From NCBI GenBank assembly GCA_964569055.1, contig CAZMSZ010000001.1:1-59460 (forward strand): a stretch of 59,460 nt of DNA. Direction: 5' to 3'. The position numbers and the translations under genes are program-made. The stretch's first letter is position 1. Each line of letters begins with the position of its first letter. This document shows, in pieces, positions 7,020-15,991 of the stretch. Under the pieces are notes generated by a model that saw only the letters and a program-made list of their open reading frames with translations, did not search any database and was not told the origin of the DNA. Source of the DNA: an uncultured Planctomycetota bacterium (GTDB lineage: Bacteria > Planctomycetota > J058).

Positions 7020-9797
7020 ATGCCAAATCTCATCACGCCCCAGGTCAGCTATCCCGGTGTCTACGTCGTGGAACTGCCCGAAGGGCCGCCCGCTGCCACG
7101 GGCGTCCCGACCTCCATCACGGCGTTCCTGGGCCGGACGCTGATCGGGCGGGTGAACACCCCCACGCTGCTGACCAGTTTCGGGCAGTTCGAGAGCCTGT
7201 TCGGAGGCCTCGTCAAGGATTACCCGCTCTCTTATTCCGTGCGAGACTTCTTCGCCAACGGCGGTACGCAGGCCATCGTCGTCCGCCTGTACCACACCGA
7301 TCCGTTGCCGCCAATCGACCCCTGGAAGGCGGCGGGCGGGGCAGCGGCGCTCGGCTGGCTCGTGGCCCAGATCAAGGGTGGCGCCGAGACTGGGACCGCC
7401 ATCGCAAAGACGATCACGGATCCGCACTTCCTCACCAAGACCCTCGGGATCACCCCGCCTAGCACGGCGCAAGCCAGCATGAGCTCCGGTGCGACCGCCG
7501 TGGCGAGCGCCGTGAACAAGGCGATCGGCAAGTCGTCGGCGACCGGGACGGCGCTCGACGGTGCATATCAGCCGGCGACTCAGGCCTTCCTCAACGCGAT
7601 GCTCGGGTTGTCGGGTTCGAGCGCGCTCAGCGGCACCCTCTCGACCCAGACCCTAGTGTCCCTGCTCGACGACGCGCTGTTGGTGTACGAGGCGCTCGAG
7701 GCCTCGCCGCAGCCGACCGCGCCCCCGCCCTTGGTGGGAGAACCGAGCTTCGGGATCGACGTGGCGACCGCTGCCGCGGAGCTCGCCGGCGGCGCGGCGG
7801 GCGTGTCACTCTACGGCGTGCCACCGGGCCTCGGCGCCGAGGCGGTCGCCGACCTGCCGCGGGTCCAGGGGGCCGCTCAGACCTTGGCCGCGATGTGGGC
7901 GCTCACCACCAACCCCCTCTCGAACCCCACCCCGGCGCAGCTCGCCAGCGCCGCAGCCGCCGCCGCCCAGCAGGTGGTCGGCGGCACGCAGCGCTACGGC
8001 GCGGCGCTGATCTCCGCGTCGGCGGCAGCAGCCGCGGGGAGCGCGGCGGCGACCGCAGCCAGCGTGCTGAACGCGGTGCTGACGACCTTTGCCACGGACC
8101 CACAACTGCTCGGCAAGGGCGGTTCGAGCAAGACCGGAGGTGCCGCGGCCGGGGCGGGGGGCGAGGGGAGCGCTGGCTCGGGTGGAGCGGGGAACGCCAA
8201 GTCTGGCGCCCCCCCCTTCCCCAACCTCGCGGCGCTGTACCTCGGCATGGCGGGGGTGAACGGACTCGGCAGTGGAGCCAGCGGCAGCGCCGGAGTCGTG
8301 CTCCTCACTGGCGTGGGCGACTCGCCAGGGCTGGGTCAGGCGCTGGCCAAGGCGATCGATGCCGCGCAGCCGGGGACGGGGAGCGACAAGACCCCGGCCA
8401 CCAGCGCCATGACCGAGGTCATGGGCGCGGTCGCTGGCTTCCAGACCGCCCAGGACGTCCTGGACTTCTTGCTCGGCACCGTGATGGCGCAGGCTCCCTT
8501 GGTTCAACTGGTCGCGAGTGGACCCGGTACCTGGGGGAACGACCTCACCGTCTCGGTCAGCCCGAGCTCGGCCAACGCCGCCACGCTCAAGAGCATGGGC
8601 TTCAAGCTGCAGAAGGGAGACCTGTTCGACGTCACGATCACCTACCAGCCACCCGGGCGTGGGCCGACCACGGAGGTCTTCAACAACCTGACGCTGATGC
8701 CGGGCACGCCGTACACGATCGACACCGTGCTCAACGCGCAATCGTTGTACGTGCAGGTGAAGAACGTGGTGACGTGGGAGGGTGGGACGCGCCCGCCCGA
8801 CCGCGCGTTCGTGGCGCCCGACACCTCCTCGTCGGCGTACTTCCTGAACGGGCTCGACGGCGGCAACCTCACGGTGAGCGACTACCTCGGCGACCCGACT
8901 CAGAAGACGGGGATCTACGCGCTCACCGACGTCGACATCTTCAACTTGCTCTGCATCCCGCCCGACGTGCGGATCGACCTCAACAATTACGTCGCGGCGA
9001 TGGACACCAGCGTGCAGGTCTACCAGGCGGCGCTGGCCTACTGTGCTGCTCGGCGCGCGATCTTGCTGCTCGACCCGCCGTGCCTCTGGTACAAGCAGCT
9101 CAAGATGGGTTCGCTCGGCGACGCGGTCGCGGAGTACATCACCCAGATCGGCGGCGGCGACGAGGCGCGCAACGCGGCGATCTACTTCCCTCACATCAAG
9201 GTCGCCGATCAGCTCCAACAGTCGATGGTCCTCCCGTTCGCCCCCAGCGGCGCGGTGGCGGGCGTCATCGCGCGGACCGACGCCACACGCGGGGTGTGGA
9301 AGGCGCCGGCCGGGACCGAGGCCACCATCGACCAGATCGCTGGGCTGCAGGTAAACCTGACCGACGCCGACAACGGCGAGGTCAACCTGCTGGGGCTCAA
9401 CTGCCTGCGGACGTTCTCGCTCTACGGGCCCGTCGTGTGGGGCGACCGCACGCTCCGCGGCGAGGCGCAACTGGCCGACGAGTACTGCTACCTCTCGGTC
9501 CGGCGGCTGGCGCTCTACATCGAGGAGAGCCTCAAGCGCAGCACCCTGTGGGCGACCTTCGAGCCCAACGCGGAGCCGCTGTGGACCGCGCTGAAGGGTG
9601 AGATCACCGCGTTCATGAACACCCTCAAGAGCGAGGGGGCGTTCTACGCGTTCAGCGTGCAGTGCGACGCGACCACGACCACCCAGGCCGAGATCGACCA
9701 GGGCGTCGTGAAGGTGCTGATCACCTTCGCCCCGGTCAAGCCCGCGGAGTTCGTGGTGCTCTACTTCCAGCAGACGGCCGGACAGACGACGTCGTAG
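7020..9797 (+). CDS. Contractile tail sheath protein (eCIS sheath, unusually long at 925 aa)
   Basis: ATG at 7020 within ORF 5817..9797. The N-terminus is MPNLITPQVSYPGVYVVE...TSITAFLG. C-terminal blocks KTGIYALTDVDIFNLLCIPP, AAIYFPHIKV, APSGAVAGVIARTDATRGVWKAPAG, NCLRTF..GPVVWGDRTL and YLSVRRLALYIEESL are canonical sheath signatures. Confidence 0.9.
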   Translation: MPNLITPQVSYPGVYVVELPEGPPAATGVPTSITAFLGRTLIGRVNTPTLLTSFGQFESLFGGLVKDYPLSYSVRDFFANGGTQAIVVRLYHTDPLPPIDPWKAAGGAAALGWLVAQIKGGAETGTAIAKTITDPHFLTKTLGITPPSTAQASMSSGATAVASAVNKAIGKSSATGTALDGAYQPATQAFLNAMLGLSGSSALSGTLSTQTLVSLLDDALLVYEALEASPQPTAPPPLVGEPSFGIDVATAAAELAGGAAGVSLYGVPPGLGAEAVADLPRVQGAAQTLAAMWALTTNPLSNPTPAQLASAAAAAAQQVVGGTQRYGAALISASAAAAAGSAAATAASVLNAVLTTFATDPQLLGKGGSSKTGGAAAGAGGEGSAGSGGAGNAKSGAPPFPNLAALYLGMAGVNGLGSGASGSAGVVLLTGVGDSPGLGQALAKAIDAAQPGTGSDKTPATSAMTEVMGAVAGFQTAQDVLDFLLGTVMAQAPLVQLVASGPGTWGNDLTVSVSPSSANAATLKSMGFKLQKGDLFDVTITYQPPGRGPTTEVFNNLTLMPGTPYTIDTVLNAQSLYVQVKNVVTWEGGTRPPDRAFVAPDTSSSAYFLNGLDGGNLTVSDYLGDPTQKTGIYALTDVDIFNLLCIPPDVRIDLNNYVAAMDTSVQVYQAALAYCAARRAILLLDPPCLWYKQLKMGSLGDAVAEYITQIGGGDEARNAAIYFPHIKVADQLQQSMVLPFAPSGAVAGVIARTDATRGVWKAPAGTEATIDQIAGLQVNLTDADNGEVNLLGLNCLRTFSLYGPVVWGDRTLRGEAQLADEYCYLSVRRLALYIEESLKRSTLWATFEPNAEPLWTALKGEITAFMNTLKSEGAFYAFSVQCDATTTTQAEIDQGVVKVLITFAPVKPAEFVVLYFQQTAGQTTS

Positions 9798-9815
9798 ACG
9801 ACGAGGAGCCCAGAC

Positions 9816-10337
9816 ATGCCAGCAGTGGGGGGAACGAACACGCCCAGCGATCCGTACCGGAACTTCCTGTTCCGGATCCAGGTCTCGGGAGTGGGCGGTG
9901 GCTATGTGGCCGGCGTCAACGCGGTGTCAGGGCTCACGCGGACCGTGAACACGGTCCCGTACCGCACGGGCGGTGACCCCAACACACACGTGGCGCCGGG
10001 CTCGGTGGTCTGGCCGCCGATCACGCTGAGCCGGGGCCTGACCAACGACAAGGCTTTCCAGACATGGGCGAATACATGCTGGTCCTACGCCAACGTAAAG
10101 GGATTGGTGGGCCAGAATGCGAAGCCCGTTTCGCTCAAGGACTTCCGCCAGACCCTCATCATCGAGGTGTATGACGTCTCCGGGGCGAAGGTCCTGACCT
10201 ACACCGTATACAACTGCTGGGTCTCGGAGTGGAACGCGCTCCCCGAGCTCAACGCAGGTGGCAACGCGCTCGCGATCGAGTCGATGGTCATCCAGAACGA
10301 AGGCTGGGAGCTCGAGTTCGCCGCCAGCTCCTCATGA
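9816..10337 (+). CDS. Tail tube protein (T4 gp19-like / eCIS tube)
   Basis: 173 aa with a GAGGAG RBS. The N-terminal DPYRNFLFRIQVSG... is typical of the conserved phage-tail-region tube family, and the gene follows the sheath gene directly. Confidence 0.85.
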   Translation: MPAVGGTNTPSDPYRNFLFRIQVSGVGGGYVAGVNAVSGLTRTVNTVPYRTGGDPNTHVAPGSVVWPPITLSRGLTNDKAFQTWANTCWSYANVKGLVGQNAKPVSLKDFRQTLIIEVYDVSGAKVLTYTVYNCWVSEWNALPELNAGGNALAIESMVIQNEGWELEFAASSS

Positions 10338-11068
10338 CCGCGCACCTCTCGACCCACACGGCGCTGGCTGCGAGCGACGTGGTGGCGCTGTGGGAGTGGG
10401 GACAACGGCGGTCCTCGGCGGACCGCGCGCTCGCCATGCTGCAGGCGGCGCACCCGGAGCGCGCCTGGGACGACCTGGCGCGCCTGAGCATCGGGCAGCG
10501 GGATGCGCTGCTGGTCGAGCTCCACTCGGGGACGTTCGGACCCACGCTGCAGGCCCAGGTGAGCTGTCCTGACTGCGGAGCGCCCTCGGACTTCCAGGTC
10601 GAATGTCGCCGCCTGCTGCTGAGCGCGCCCTCCTTCGAGCCGGATGAGCGACCGCGCGAAGTCGAGCTCGCGGGGCGTGTCTTCCGCTTCCGCCTGCCCA
10701 ACAGCCACGACCTCGCCCGCATCGCGGGGGAGGGTGATCCGGAGGTGGCGCGCCGCGCGCTCGTGTCGGGGTGTGTGCTCGGTGACGAGCCCCTCGACGA
10801 GGGGCTGAGCGCGCGCATCGGCGCCGCAATGCTCGAGGCGGACCCGCAGTCGCATCTGCAACTGGAGATGCGCTGTCCCAGCTGCGAATGTGCCTGGCTG
10901 GCCGACCTGCACGCGGAGGACTTCCTCTGGCGGATGGTGGAACGGCTGGCGCGTCGCTATCTGCGCGAGGTCCAGCAGCTCGCGCGGGCGTACGGCTGGC
11001 AGGAGGCCGAGATCCTCGCCATGAGCGCGGAGCGGCGTGGCTTCTACCTCGAGGCGCTCGAATCGTGA
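10334..11068 (+). CDS. eCIS-associated hypothetical protein with a two-CxxC zinc ribbon (tail-assembly-chaperone position)
   Basis: ATG at 10334 overlaps the tube stop (ATGA). Contains CPDC (QVSCPDCGAP) and CPSC (MRCPSCECAW). It sits directly upstream of the tape-measure-like ORF and is coupled to it by a GTGA overlap. Confidence 0.6.
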   Translation: MTAHLSTHTALAASDVVALWEWGQRRSSADRALAMLQAAHPERAWDDLARLSIGQRDALLVELHSGTFGPTLQAQVSCPDCGAPSDFQVECRRLLLSAPSFEPDERPREVELAGRVFRFRLPNSHDLARIAGEGDPEVARRALVSGCVLGDEPLDEGLSARIGAAMLEADPQSHLQLEMRCPSCECAWLADLHAEDFLWRMVERLARRYLREVQQLARAYGWQEAEILAMSAERRGFYLEALES

Positions 11069-13860
11069 GCGAGCTGGGCCGGCGGCTCGCGGTGTGGGCG
11101 CTCGGCGCGCCGGGAGGCCTGCTCCCGGCCGGCGTCTCGCTGTTCGGTCGCGGAGCGGTCCTCGCGAGCGATTCGCCGCCCCGGTTCCAGCCAGCACAGC
11201 GTGCGGTCCGCAGGGCTCGGCGCTCGGCGCCGGCCTTCCGTGCGTTGCTGCCGAGTGGTGCCCGAACCTGGCGAGTCTCCGAGCTTCTGGCGGACCCCGG
11301 CGCGGCGAGGCTCGCGCCGCCCGAGCCGACGGGGACCCTCGCCTCCGAGCCCGAGGCGGAGCGCGGCCCGAACCCTGTGCACGACGCGGCGCGCCCGGCT
11401 CCGCACCGTTTCGGGCGACTCGGGACCGACCTCGACCCCCCGTCTTCGGCGACAGGGGCCTCGACGGACGGTGCGGTGAGAACGGGGCCGGGGCATGCTG
11501 CGCGCGTCGCGCCGGAGCTCGCGCCAGGTCGATCCGAGCCGGTGCGTCCTCCCGGCGCGGGCGATCCGGGACCCCGCGACGCGCGCCGTGCGGCGTCGGA
11601 CGCGCTCGGTGCGGCCCCCACGCTCGCCAACGAGGCACCGCACGGCGGGGACGCAGCCGGATCGCGCGCGAGCGCCGTCCCCGGGGGCGGCGAGGAGGAG
11701 CCGCCCGGCGGGCCGCAGCACGATCGGCCCTCGCCTGCCCCGCTCGGCGCTCTGACGCCTCGCGCGAGTGACGTGACCCACGCGTCGCCGGTCGGACCCG
11801 GCTCGGAACGAGTGGGGCGGTCACCGAGCACGGACGAGCCCCCCGCCATGGGCTGGAGCGAGCTCGCCGCGCGGTCTCCGTCGGTCCCGCCCGGTGGGGT
11901 GCCGACTCCACCGAGCGGCGACGACGCGCCTCCGGCCGTGCAGGAGCGACACGGCGCGATCGTCGCGGATCCGCCCGCCGAGCCCCAGCCGGCTACGACT
12001 CCGGGCGACGAGCCAACCGACGCTGCGCATGCGGCTCCCTCCCCGGCGCAGCACCCAAGCGCTCCGGGCTCCCTCTCGACGGCGCGAAGCCCTCGCGGCT
12101 CGCTCGTGCGCGCCCGGACGGACGCTCCAGCACCAGCACCCTCGGAGGCCGATCCTCGATCTCCGGCGCGGCCGAAGCGACCGACCGGCACGACGGCGCC
12201 GGTGGAGTCGGTCGAACTCGGCGCGCGTCCGCCAGCGCCGCACCAGGCCGTGGCGGGTCAGGCCGCCACGTCGCATGACGCGCCCCAGGTCGCCGATCGC
12301 CGGCTCACGGAGGCCGCGGCGACGCGCCCCGCATCGCTCCCGACCCCTTCGCGTCGGGCTGAGACGCCCGAGGTCGCCTCGGCCCAGGCTTCGGCGCAGG
12401 TCGCGGCGGCCCGTTCCGACTTGCCCCCGGCCGCGGCGCCACGGACTGCCTCGCCACGGAGCGACTCGCCCGAGGACGCTGCCCGGTCCCCGGCCATCTC
12501 GCCGTGGGCCTCGCAGGTCGCGCCCGCGCGGCACACCGCTGCAGGGCAGTCACGAAGCGGCGGCTCCGAGCGCGGGCGGCGGCAGAGCGCCGGCGCGCCC
12601 GGCGAGCCCGCCGCGCCGGCACACCGCGCCGAGCCGACGAACGCGAGCGAGCCTCGCGTCGAGGGGCGCGCGACGGTAACCGGTGGTGGCGCTCCTGGGC
12701 GAGGCGAGTCGGCCGTGGGCGCACGTCCCGTCGCCGCGCCGTCGGCCGCGCACCGTGGGTCTCCGGGGACATCCGAGGCCGGGAGCTCGCGACGCGCGGG
12801 ACGAGCACCCGTCGTGGCTCCCGAGCCCGGCGTGGTCGGAACGCCGCGCGCGGCCGGGAGGGCCCTCGTCGTGGCTGCCGAGCACGGCGTGGTCGGAGCG
12901 CCGCGCGCCGTGGCTGACGAGCCCGAGGTCGCGGGAGCGCCGCGCGCGGTCGGGCGGGGGACCGTCATCGCTGACGGGTCCGGCCTGGCCGGAGCGCCAC
13001 GCGTGGTCGGGCGGGCGCCCGTCGTCGCTGACAGGCCCGGCGTCGTGGGAGGACCGCGCGCTGCGGGACGTGCACCCGTCGCGGCTGACGGGCCCGGCGT
13101 CGCGGGAGGGCCGCGCGCGGGCGTGCTCTCTCCCGCGGGCCGCCCAGTGGCCGACGTCGGCGCGCGGACGGAGGCGAGCGGACACGCCTCCGCGGAGCGC
13201 CGGCGGCTAGAAGCTACGGCCGTCGTGGCGCGCTCGAGGGGCGCCCCTGGGGCAGCATGGGCGTCGGTCGAGACTACTCCGCACGACTCTGCGGCATCGG
13301 GCAGTCCTCATGTCGCCAAGGCCGAGCGCCAGCCGAGGGGAGACGCGTGGTCCGGCCCGCTCGAGCATGCCTCCCAGTCGCGACCGAGCGCGCGCCCGGC
13401 GTCGGCGGACGGGACGCCGCCTCAGCGCGGTGTCAGCTCGCCGGGGGCATCGCGGGCAGCCGAGGCCCGCGCGCCCGCCGCGAGCTCCTCGCGTGGCTTC
13501 CCAGGCGCCGAGCATGGCGCGGAGCCAGGACGCGCGGCATCGGCCCAGGCCACACGCCCGGCGCGCGCTCTCGAGGTGGGGTCGGACCATGCCAGGGCGC
13601 CCCAGGGCAGCGCGCCGCGGCTCGCCCCCGTTGGGGCAGGTGCGCAGCGAGGGCCTCTCCTCCCGTCAGCGGACGGTCTCGAGCCCGCGGTCCGCGCTCG
13701 TCCGGCCCCAGAGCCCGTGCGGTCGCTTCGGGGCGTCGTGATCACGATCGGCCGCGTGGAGGTTCATCCCGAGGAGCCCCTGGCGCCCGTGCGCCGCGAC
13801 GTGCACCGTCCGGGCCGCTCGCTCGACGACTATCTGCGGGCCCGCGGGAGGCGCCGGTGA
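11065..13860 (+). CDS. Tape-measure-like tail length determinant (Afp14-position), low-complexity Ala/Pro/Arg/Gly-rich
   Basis: GTG at 11065 and the stop at 13860 both form GTGA overlaps with their neighbours. The short structured ends (VSELGRRLAVWALGAPGGLLP...; ...VVITIGRVEVHPEEP...LDDYLRARGRRR) flank about 900 low-complexity codons. The frame was chosen from the coupling, since other frames and the other strand are also open here. Confidence 0.55.
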   Translation: MSELGRRLAVWALGAPGGLLPAGVSLFGRGAVLASDSPPRFQPAQRAVRRARRSAPAFRALLPSGARTWRVSELLADPGAARLAPPEPTGTLASEPEAERGPNPVHDAARPAPHRFGRLGTDLDPPSSATGASTDGAVRTGPGHAARVAPELAPGRSEPVRPPGAGDPGPRDARRAASDALGAAPTLANEAPHGGDAAGSRASAVPGGGEEEPPGGPQHDRPSPAPLGALTPRASDVTHASPVGPGSERVGRSPSTDEPPAMGWSELAARSPSVPPGGVPTPPSGDDAPPAVQERHGAIVADPPAEPQPATTPGDEPTDAAHAAPSPAQHPSAPGSLSTARSPRGSLVRARTDAPAPAPSEADPRSPARPKRPTGTTAPVESVELGARPPAPHQAVAGQAATSHDAPQVADRRLTEAAATRPASLPTPSRRAETPEVASAQASAQVAAARSDLPPAAAPRTASPRSDSPEDAARSPAISPWASQVAPARHTAAGQSRSGGSERGRRQSAGAPGEPAAPAHRAEPTNASEPRVEGRATVTGGGAPGRGESAVGARPVAAPSAAHRGSPGTSEAGSSRRAGRAPVVAPEPGVVGTPRAAGRALVVAAEHGVVGAPRAVADEPEVAGAPRAVGRGTVIADGSGLAGAPRVVGRAPVVADRPGVVGGPRAAGRAPVAADGPGVAGGPRAGVLSPAGRPVADVGARTEASGHASAERRRLEATAVVARSRGAPGAAWASVETTPHDSAASGSPHVAKAERQPRGDAWSGPLEHASQSRPSARPASADGTPPQRGVSSPGASRAAEARAPAASSSRGFPGAEHGAEPGRAASAQATRPARALEVGSDHARAPQGSAPRLAPVGAGAQRGPLLPSADGLEPAVRARPAPEPVRSLRGVVITIGRVEVHPEEPLAPVRRDVHRPGRSLDDYLRARGRRR
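12799..13125 (+). repeat. Tandem 57-nt (19-aa) repeat inside the tape-measure-like ORF
   Basis: Units GRAPVVAPEPGVVGTPRAA / GRALVVAAEHGVVGAPRAV / (13-aa partial) / GRGTVIADGSGLAGAPRVV / GRAPVVADRPGVVGGPRAA / GRAPVAADGPGVAGGPRAG. Equivalent positions fall at 12808, 12865, 12961, 13018 and 13075. Confidence 0.75.
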
Positions 13861-15053
13861 GTAACGCCCTCGCCGTGGCCACGGTCACCGCCGCCCTGCA
13901 GGTGCTCCTCGACCGGGCCGCGCGCAGCGTGGTGGCCGGTGCGGGCGCGACGACGCTCAGCCCGACGGCATTGCCGGAGCGAATCCAGCCGGCGGCCGGG
14001 GTCAACGTGTGGTTGTTCCTGGTCCGGCCGAACGTGGCGCTGAGCAACGCCGACCTGCCGCGAGTGTCGGGGGGGCGGCTCACCCGACGGCCGCAGGTCG
14101 CCCTCGACCTCGACTACTTGCTGACGTTCTTCGGCAAGGACGAACACCTCGAGCCGCAGCGCATCCTCGGCGCGGTCGTGTCGACGCTCCACGCCGAGCC
14201 GCTGCTCTCGGTCGAGCGGACGCGCAGCCTCGCCGAGGACCCGCCGCCGGGGAGGCGGTTCCTGGCGGGGTCCGACCTGCACACTCAAGACCCCGTGCGC
14301 CTGGAGCGCATCGTGATCGAGACCGACGAGATGCATCGACTGTGGGCGCTGTTCGGGAACACTCCCTACCAGCTCTCGCTGGTCTATCGCGCGAGCGTCG
14401 TGCTGATCGACGCGGAGGTGGAGCTCGCGAGCCAGTTGCCCGCCCTCGGCGTCGACCCGGGGGTGACGCCGTTGGGGGTGCCTTGGATCAACGCGGCCTC
14501 GGCCGTTGCGCGCGCCGGCGAGGCCCTGGAGCTGCGCGGGCTGTTCCCGACGGCGCCCAGCGCCGTCGTGCTGAACGGGCGGGTCGTCCCCGCGGGGAGC
14601 TGGCTCACGAGCGCCCCGGGGTGCGTCGACGTGACCCTCGTCCCCGAGCTCATCGCGACCGCGCGGCTGAGCCCGGGCCCCGTCCAGGTGGCCCTGCGCT
14701 TCGCGACCGACGCGGGCGAGCTCACGAGCGCTCCCGCCGAGACCAGGTTCCTCCCCGCGGTCGCGAGCGCGCGCGCGAGCGGTGCCTCGCTCGAGGTCAC
14801 GCTCGTGCATCCGGTCGACCCCGCGCGCACGGTGCGAGCCATGCTCGACCCGGTGCCGCCGGCCCGTGGCAAGAGCGCGGCGCTCGACGGCCCACCGCGG
14901 AGCGGCTGGAGCACGACCCTCACGTTCTCGGTCCCTCCGTGGCTCCCCCCCGGGGCATATCTGCTGCGGGTCGAGGTCGCCGGCGCGCAGAGCGAGCTCG
15001 AGCTGCGACGCGGGCGCTTCGCCGGGCCGGTCGTGGAGGTGCAGGGTGCCTGA
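13857..15053 (+). CDS. DUF4255 (Pvc16/Afp16-like) tail terminator/cap protein with C-terminal extension
   Basis: GTG at 13857 (GTGA overlap). The N-terminus VSNALAVATVTAALQVLLDRAA is the characteristic DUF4255 opening. At 398 aa it is roughly twice the length of a bare DUF4255 domain. Confidence 0.8.
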   Translation: MSNALAVATVTAALQVLLDRAARSVVAGAGATTLSPTALPERIQPAAGVNVWLFLVRPNVALSNADLPRVSGGRLTRRPQVALDLDYLLTFFGKDEHLEPQRILGAVVSTLHAEPLLSVERTRSLAEDPPPGRRFLAGSDLHTQDPVRLERIVIETDEMHRLWALFGNTPYQLSLVYRASVVLIDAEVELASQLPALGVDPGVTPLGVPWINAASAVARAGEALELRGLFPTAPSAVVLNGRVVPAGSWLTSAPGCVDVTLVPELIATARLSPGPVQVALRFATDAGELTSAPAETRFLPAVASARASGASLEVTLVHPVDPARTVRAMLDPVPPARGKSAALDGPPRSGWSTTLTFSVPPWLPPGAYLLRVEVAGAQSELELRRGRFAGPVVEVQGA

Positions 15054-15357
15054 GGGGCGCGACCAAGCAGGATCGTCGAGTGAGGCACATCGGCTCGAGC
15101 GGCTGCACCTCGAGCAGCTCGTGCTGCATGGCTTCAGCGCGGGCCAGGCCGGGTGGGTCGAGGCGGCCGTGATGTCCCGGCTACACCGGCTCGCCGCGGG
15201 GAGAGGGTTCGCACCGAACGCCGGCGACGCGCTCCACGTGCCGCACCTCGAGGTGGCAGTCGGGCGTGGGGCCTCGGTCGAGGCGGTCGCCGATCGGGTG
15301 GTAGCGGCGATCCAAGCGGCCGTGAACCACCCCGCGCCGAGGGGGAGGCCCCAATGA
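15046..15357 (+). CDS. Small hypothetical protein (eCIS cluster)
   Basis: In-frame GTG at 15046 overlaps the DUF4255 stop, and its own stop overlaps the next start (ATGA). GC3 is poor in the first ~15 codons, so the true start may be further downstream. Confidence 0.35.
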   Translation: MPEGRDQAGSSSEAHRLERLHLEQLVLHGFSAGQAGWVEAAVMSRLHRLAAGRGFAPNAGDALHVPHLEVAVGRGASVEAVADRVVAAIQAAVNHPAPRGRPQ

Positions 15358-15983
15358 CGCTCAGCGGGTTGCAGCCTGCTCACCACCAGGGCGCTCTGGT
15401 CGTCGCGAGCTCGACCGGCGCTACCCAAACCGTCCGGTTCCAATACAACCCCGAGACATTGCGGCGCCAGCTCCAGCCTCAGCTCCGCGGCGGCAACGTG
15501 GACGAGCACTCGGACGAGACCCACTACGTTGGCGCGCCGATCGAGCAGATCGCCGTCGAGGTCCTGCTCGACGCGACGACGGCGCTCGGCCGAGGCGACC
15601 GGACGGCTCAGGAGCACGGTATCCTCCCGCAGTTGGCCCTCCTCGAGACGATCTTCTATCCCAGCTCGCGAGACGTGACCCAAGCCCAGGCCACCGTCCA
15701 GAGGGGCTACCTCGAGGTCACCCCGTTCGTCGTGCCGCTGGTGCTCTTCGTGTGGGGCAAGCGGGCGGTGCCCGTGCAGCTCACCTCGTACGCGGTGACC
15801 GAGGAGCTGTTCGACGCCAAGCTCGACCCGATCCGCGCCCACGTCCAACTGACCATGCGGGTGCTCACGTACTCCGACGTCTCGATGTCCAACCCGGCGA
15901 ACGCGCTCTACCTCGCCCATCAGAAGCAGATGGAGAGCATCGCCGCCAAGGCGAACCCCGGCGCAGGGTTCTCGATCCCCTGA
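15354..15983 (+). CDS. Tube-like / tube-initiator protein (CIS tube N-domain, Afp7 N-terminal-like)
   Basis: ATG at 15354 (ATGA overlap). TQTVRFQYNPETLRRQL is the F-x-Y/F-NPE-x-L motif of CIS tube-fold baseplate-proximal proteins. 209 aa. Confidence 0.7.
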   Translation: MTLSGLQPAHHQGALVVASSTGATQTVRFQYNPETLRRQLQPQLRGGNVDEHSDETHYVGAPIEQIAVEVLLDATTALGRGDRTAQEHGILPQLALLETIFYPSSRDVTQAQATVQRGYLEVTPFVVPLVLFVWGKRAVPVQLTSYAVTEELFDAKLDPIRAHVQLTMRVLTYSDVSMSNPANALYLAHQKQMESIAAKANPGAGFSIP

Positions 15984-15991
15984 GGCAGCCA

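Noticed and set aside
10199-13185. Long minus-strand ORFs (10199..11911, 10332..12191, 12258..12968, 12550..13185) and other plus-frame ORFs across the tape-measure-like region
   Set aside because: I cannot exclude them from composition alone. The chosen plus frame is the only one tied to both neighbours by GTGA overlaps, and the 57-nt repeats (with a 39-nt partial unit) are in phase with it. I kept them as a caveat rather than as features.
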